This document shows, piece by piece, positions 60,073 to 64,000 of a DNA stretch of 64,000 bases; within the stretch, counting starts at the first letter, position 1; each line of letters begins with the position of its first letter. The stretch is from Botryllus schlosseri (taxonomy: Eukaryota), in assembly GCA_051294905.1 (NCBI GenBank), contig CM119383.1, forward strand, positions 24,738,001 to 24,802,000, given 5' to 3'. Both the position numbers and the translations under genes were made by a program. Below the pieces are notes generated by a model. That model saw nothing but the letters and a program-made list of their open reading frames with translations, searched no databases and had not been told where the DNA came from.

Positions 60073-62155
60073 GAGCTACTACTGTGGCGCTGCGACACTG
60101 GTCATTACACCTCGAGTAAGTTGATTTCATTACGACCGTCCCTATTCGTGCCGGGCATGAGGCTGGGAGCCTGAAATCTGAATCGACTATTTATTAGAAT
60201 GATTCAAGTCGAATAGTGGGAGATGATATTTTTCCAATACTGAAATTACATGCTATTTGCCACTAAAAGTCTTCTTACCAGCGAGAATGATATGACCGAT
60301 ATTATTTTCTTCTGTGGAAGCTTTGAAACCTCGATTGATCGTGGCATACGAAACATGTAGTACAAAGTTCTGCAGGTTAGCGGAAATGACATACGCTATC
60401 TGTGAAGTCGTGATCAACTCATAGCGTTGTCAAAAAGTGCAATGAAATCGGCACGGTCGGAAAATGATCAAATCATCTTCAATGTGATGTAGAACTACAC
60501 GGCATCTGTGCTCGGATAACAGCTATATCATTCATACTCGTATGAGGTCAAGATCCTCCAACACTCAACTTGAAAGCTAACTCTCAATGAAGAATCGAAT
60601 CACTCAATTACATGATTTTGCGATGCGGTCAATATAAAACAATGGTATATTTTTGGAGTGTGTTCCTGCTACTTGCACTGATCATTGAAGTGGGTATGTT
60701 ACTACTTCCACGAAACAGTTGTTTACGCAAAAGTACTGACTTTTTTTTTCAATTTTGGTTTTGTAAATTAGAAAGTAGTTTTGAGAATGGTTGGTGTCAC
60801 TTTTGTGAGTGGAAAGTTGGCAGAATGGTAGCGGGAAATATTTTCGAGACTTTTCTAGTTGCGGATTCATGAGTCAGTTTTCGTTGTTGCATTTTGTATT
60901 TTGCAAGAAACCTACTCCCGATTTAATACTAGATGTAAGCGACACCCTCGACCAAATCTGCTTTTCAAAACTACTTGCTTGAGTAATTATCAGATTTCGT
61001 TTTCTACTATTTCAAGCACTTTTGGAATATTTGGACCGCATCTTTCTAAAGATCAATCCAACATATTATAAAACGGCCTTAGTGATTTGAAATTTTTATG
61101 CGGGTGATGTCATATTTGATGATTGTTGATATGCCAAGTTCTTCTGAGATCTCTACTAGTTGCTGACGATTACCCCTGACGAATGTCAGCTGGGTTCATT
61201 TCAATATCAATATATTATCCAACTGAATACTGCAGAATGATGATATATTATCTTGATTGTTTTCATTGTGTCTAGTGTGGTCAAGGAAGTTGACGGAGGA
61301 ACGATGCACTGCCGTGAAGTGGAGGGATCAAAAATGGAAATATGAAATTTTGGAATATGTGTTACTGAAAAAGTGACAGCAACATTGGTCTTTGCGATAC
61401 TGTATATATAAAGAATATAATTATACCGTATCATCGTTTTTCAAGTGCATATTGAGTTACCTAAAGTAAGGGTGGGATACAGGGTGAATAACTGTTTTGA
61501 TGTCATCAAAGGTGTGCTTAAAATTGAACATGAAATTTAAAACCAAATCGAGATCCCAATTGAGGGGGCTAGAAGGTCACAATATTAAAAAAATATCTGG
61601 ATTTTCATATTTTATTCTTGGCCCCAATTAGTAGCACAGTACTTTACTCTTACCTCATGGCCTTATCTTACCCAGATCAGAACTAAAAATTGCATACTTT
61701 TGATTTTAGTCCACACCCATTTAGTATCATTTAGTTCTGGTAAAATATTTGTAAATGTCTTTATCCATTGTAGAATTTTGTTACATAGCTCTGACAGAAA
61801 TCGAAAATACAGCCAGAAAGGTGAGGAGCCATTGAGCATGACGCCCTTGGAAACTGAGACCGCTTGCCTACTAACCGCAGTGTGCATTGTTTTGCACTTG
61901 CCCTTTGCAACACGGCGAATCCCTCACCCGTAAAAGGTACCAAGAGAAAGCTCATTCCGATCCAAAAAGCTCCTATGGAAAATATTTCAGTTTCTGATTG
62001 TACCGAGCTATCGCCCGCATTCCAGAAACTGGCTCTGTATTTCAAGTTCTCGTTGATTCAATCCACATTCAGATCTTTTGCTGCTTGTTTAAATTCCAGT
62101 AAAAACCATGTTTCCATACTCCCAAGTTGTTTGCGTTGCTTAACTTTATTGCAGA

Positions 62156-62290
62156 CAGGTATAATAAGAAGTACTCCAACAACAAATGAACAATTTGAAA
62201 AAAGTTTCTGATGACAACGCGCTATTGCAGTCAGGTATAATAAGAAGTACTCCAACAACAAATGAACTATTTGAAAAAAGTTTCTGATGC
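62156..62290. repeat. Two-copy tandem duplication (77-bp period)
   Basis: caggtataataagaagtactccaacaacaaatgaac.atttgaaaaaagtttctgatg occurs twice. Confidence 0.85.
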
Positions 62291-63192
62291 TATGCGAAGA
62301 CAACACACGCACTGCGTGAGGACAGGTACAGTTTGGTCATCCGGTTACGATGACCGTGGTTGGGCGGCTATGTCTATCTGCCTGGTCGTATCAACATAAA
62401 TCAGATTCTATTTTTATCTGAACAATACACACACACACAATGTACAATGCGATGTAATGAACATATAGGATGCTGAACGACCAGTTGCGGTCTCTTGAGG
62501 TCAAAGCTCTTGATATCACATCCACTTTGACCTAGTCACCCGAATCATTCGAAAATTATTGCATGTCAAGACCGCAAAATAAGAAACGCTATAAAATAAA
62601 GACAATGTGGCAAAGTATGAGCAACAATTAAATTGACATTAGCCTCAGTTTATAGTTACCAGCCAAAATAGAGAATTAAGGGTGGAGCCCAATTTCTCTG
62701 CTGAGTGGCGATTCTCTACTCAGCAACGATTTCGTTACTCAACTCACGCCAAAAAGTATACTCACACTCAAATGCGTCCAGATCGGCACTCAAATCTAAA
62801 CATAGGTGTATGGGAGGAAAAACTTTTGGGGATGCGAAATTTTTTTTCACCAAAATATACAGTGAGCCACAAAAGTATAAATAAAGCACGACGCACTGGG
62901 AAGTACTTTACACATATTTTGGACTAACTGCAATAAAGTGACAGCAAATATATCCCATCACTGAAACGAAATCCGAAATTAATCTAGGTTCGGATATTTA
63001 TGGGCAGTATTACCATTTCAAAATAAGTATTTGTCTCCGCCATGATGCATACCAAATGGTCCTACATCAATGATGTGCTCAATATTGACAATATTTGTTA
63101 TTTCTCATTAAAGGTAAAATTCCGCCTTGTTGATAAGTCGTGTCTAACCCAATAGTCGATCTGAGATGTGTTTTTAGTCTTTTTATGCACTT

Positions 63193-63534
63193 TCAGCAGT
63201 TCAGTCTGCATTTTTCCATCACTGAAAGATGAGTCTCGGACTTGGCATGATTAACCAATTTATGAGGCATTCTCCATTGTGAATACTTGAATCCATCCTT
63301 TGATTTGTTGAATTTCAGGCATTGACAGTGTTCCATAGTCTTGTCATTTTCATTACAAGTTAACCAGGGATGAATTTTGAAGAGTTGGAAATCTGTTTCT
63401 TTCTGATCGCCATATTTCTTTGGGTTGTATCGTTGTAAAATAGGTTGATGAAGCTCAATGTTGTCATCAGCACATTTTATGAAATCATTGCTCAGTGCCG
63501 GGTCAATATTTGACATTAAGGTTCTCTTCATCAC
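63193..63534 (-). pseudogene. TTF-type zinc finger N-terminus of a ZMYM1-like hAT transposase, decayed
   Basis: HQPILQRYNPKKYGDQ..PWL..HCQC..F..GF..W..LVNHAKSETH..MEK. Confidence 0.7.
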
Positions 63535-64000
63535 TTAATTCAATTGAACAATTGGCAGACTTCATGTGCTCTTCTTTACAGGATGCAGCATGCAGATATG
63601 GATTGACGGCAGTCTTGCATGTCAGTTAAGGTCCGAAAACTTCTTTCGATGCTTGTCCAATGGTTTACCTGAACAAAATTCAAAACCGTTCCTAACTTTT
63701 TAGTAATTACACTACTTTTTGCTATTCCTTAAGTTAGCGAGCAACTGACAGGCACTTTATTGGTGAACAATACGATATACCGGATAGGCGAAAACGACAA
63801 CTAGTTAGGCAGTATCCAAAGTCTGGATTCCTATCAATGCTAACATATTTTCTTGAAAAATCTCAATCGAAAAAAATATATATCTTACCTGCTTTCTGCA
63901 TGAATTTCAGATTCCATCAAATTCCCAACAGCGCGATACTTCTTATTCTCCCTCAGCCAACACAAAAGACAACAACATTTTCTAATGCAATAGACACTTA

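Noticed and set aside
449-63534. Most 60-130-aa ORFs in the supplied track
   Set aside because: GTG/TTG starts, antisense shadows of real exons or TE ORFs, or repeat-derived frames; not independent genes

Overview
AT-rich, repeat-dense animal genomic DNA (an invertebrate is likely, and a tunicate is plausible, but that is inference only). The bacterial-style ORF track is mostly noise because the real genes are spliced. I reconstructed two + strand genes by hand with phase-consistent GT-AG introns: EDRF1 (21 coding exons, 14428-43280, about 1130 aa) and UBE3D (HECT_2-family E3 ligase, 9 coding exons, 53568-60072, about 412 aa). Nearly everything else is DNA-transposon derived. (1) A 6.1-kb ISL2EU/PHIS-type element (87-6199; AT TSD; decayed THAP-DDE and SWIM genes). 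(2) An 8-kb Foldback/MULE-like element (6337-14391; 9-bp TSD; mirrored 176-bp tandem arrays; Ulp1-protease/PHD cargo) ending 36 bp before the EDRF1 ATG. (3) A young hAT/BED transposon with one nonsense codon, in tandem with a second hAT at the same 8-bp target. (4) Many hAT MITEs with 8-bp TSDs. (5) A Penelope GIY-YIG fragment. (6) A dispersed repeat family carrying minimal type-I hammerhead ribozyme motifs, including a 633-bp palindromic copy and an intact sense copy just upstream of UBE3D. Family assignments rest on motifs recalled from memory, not on database searches.
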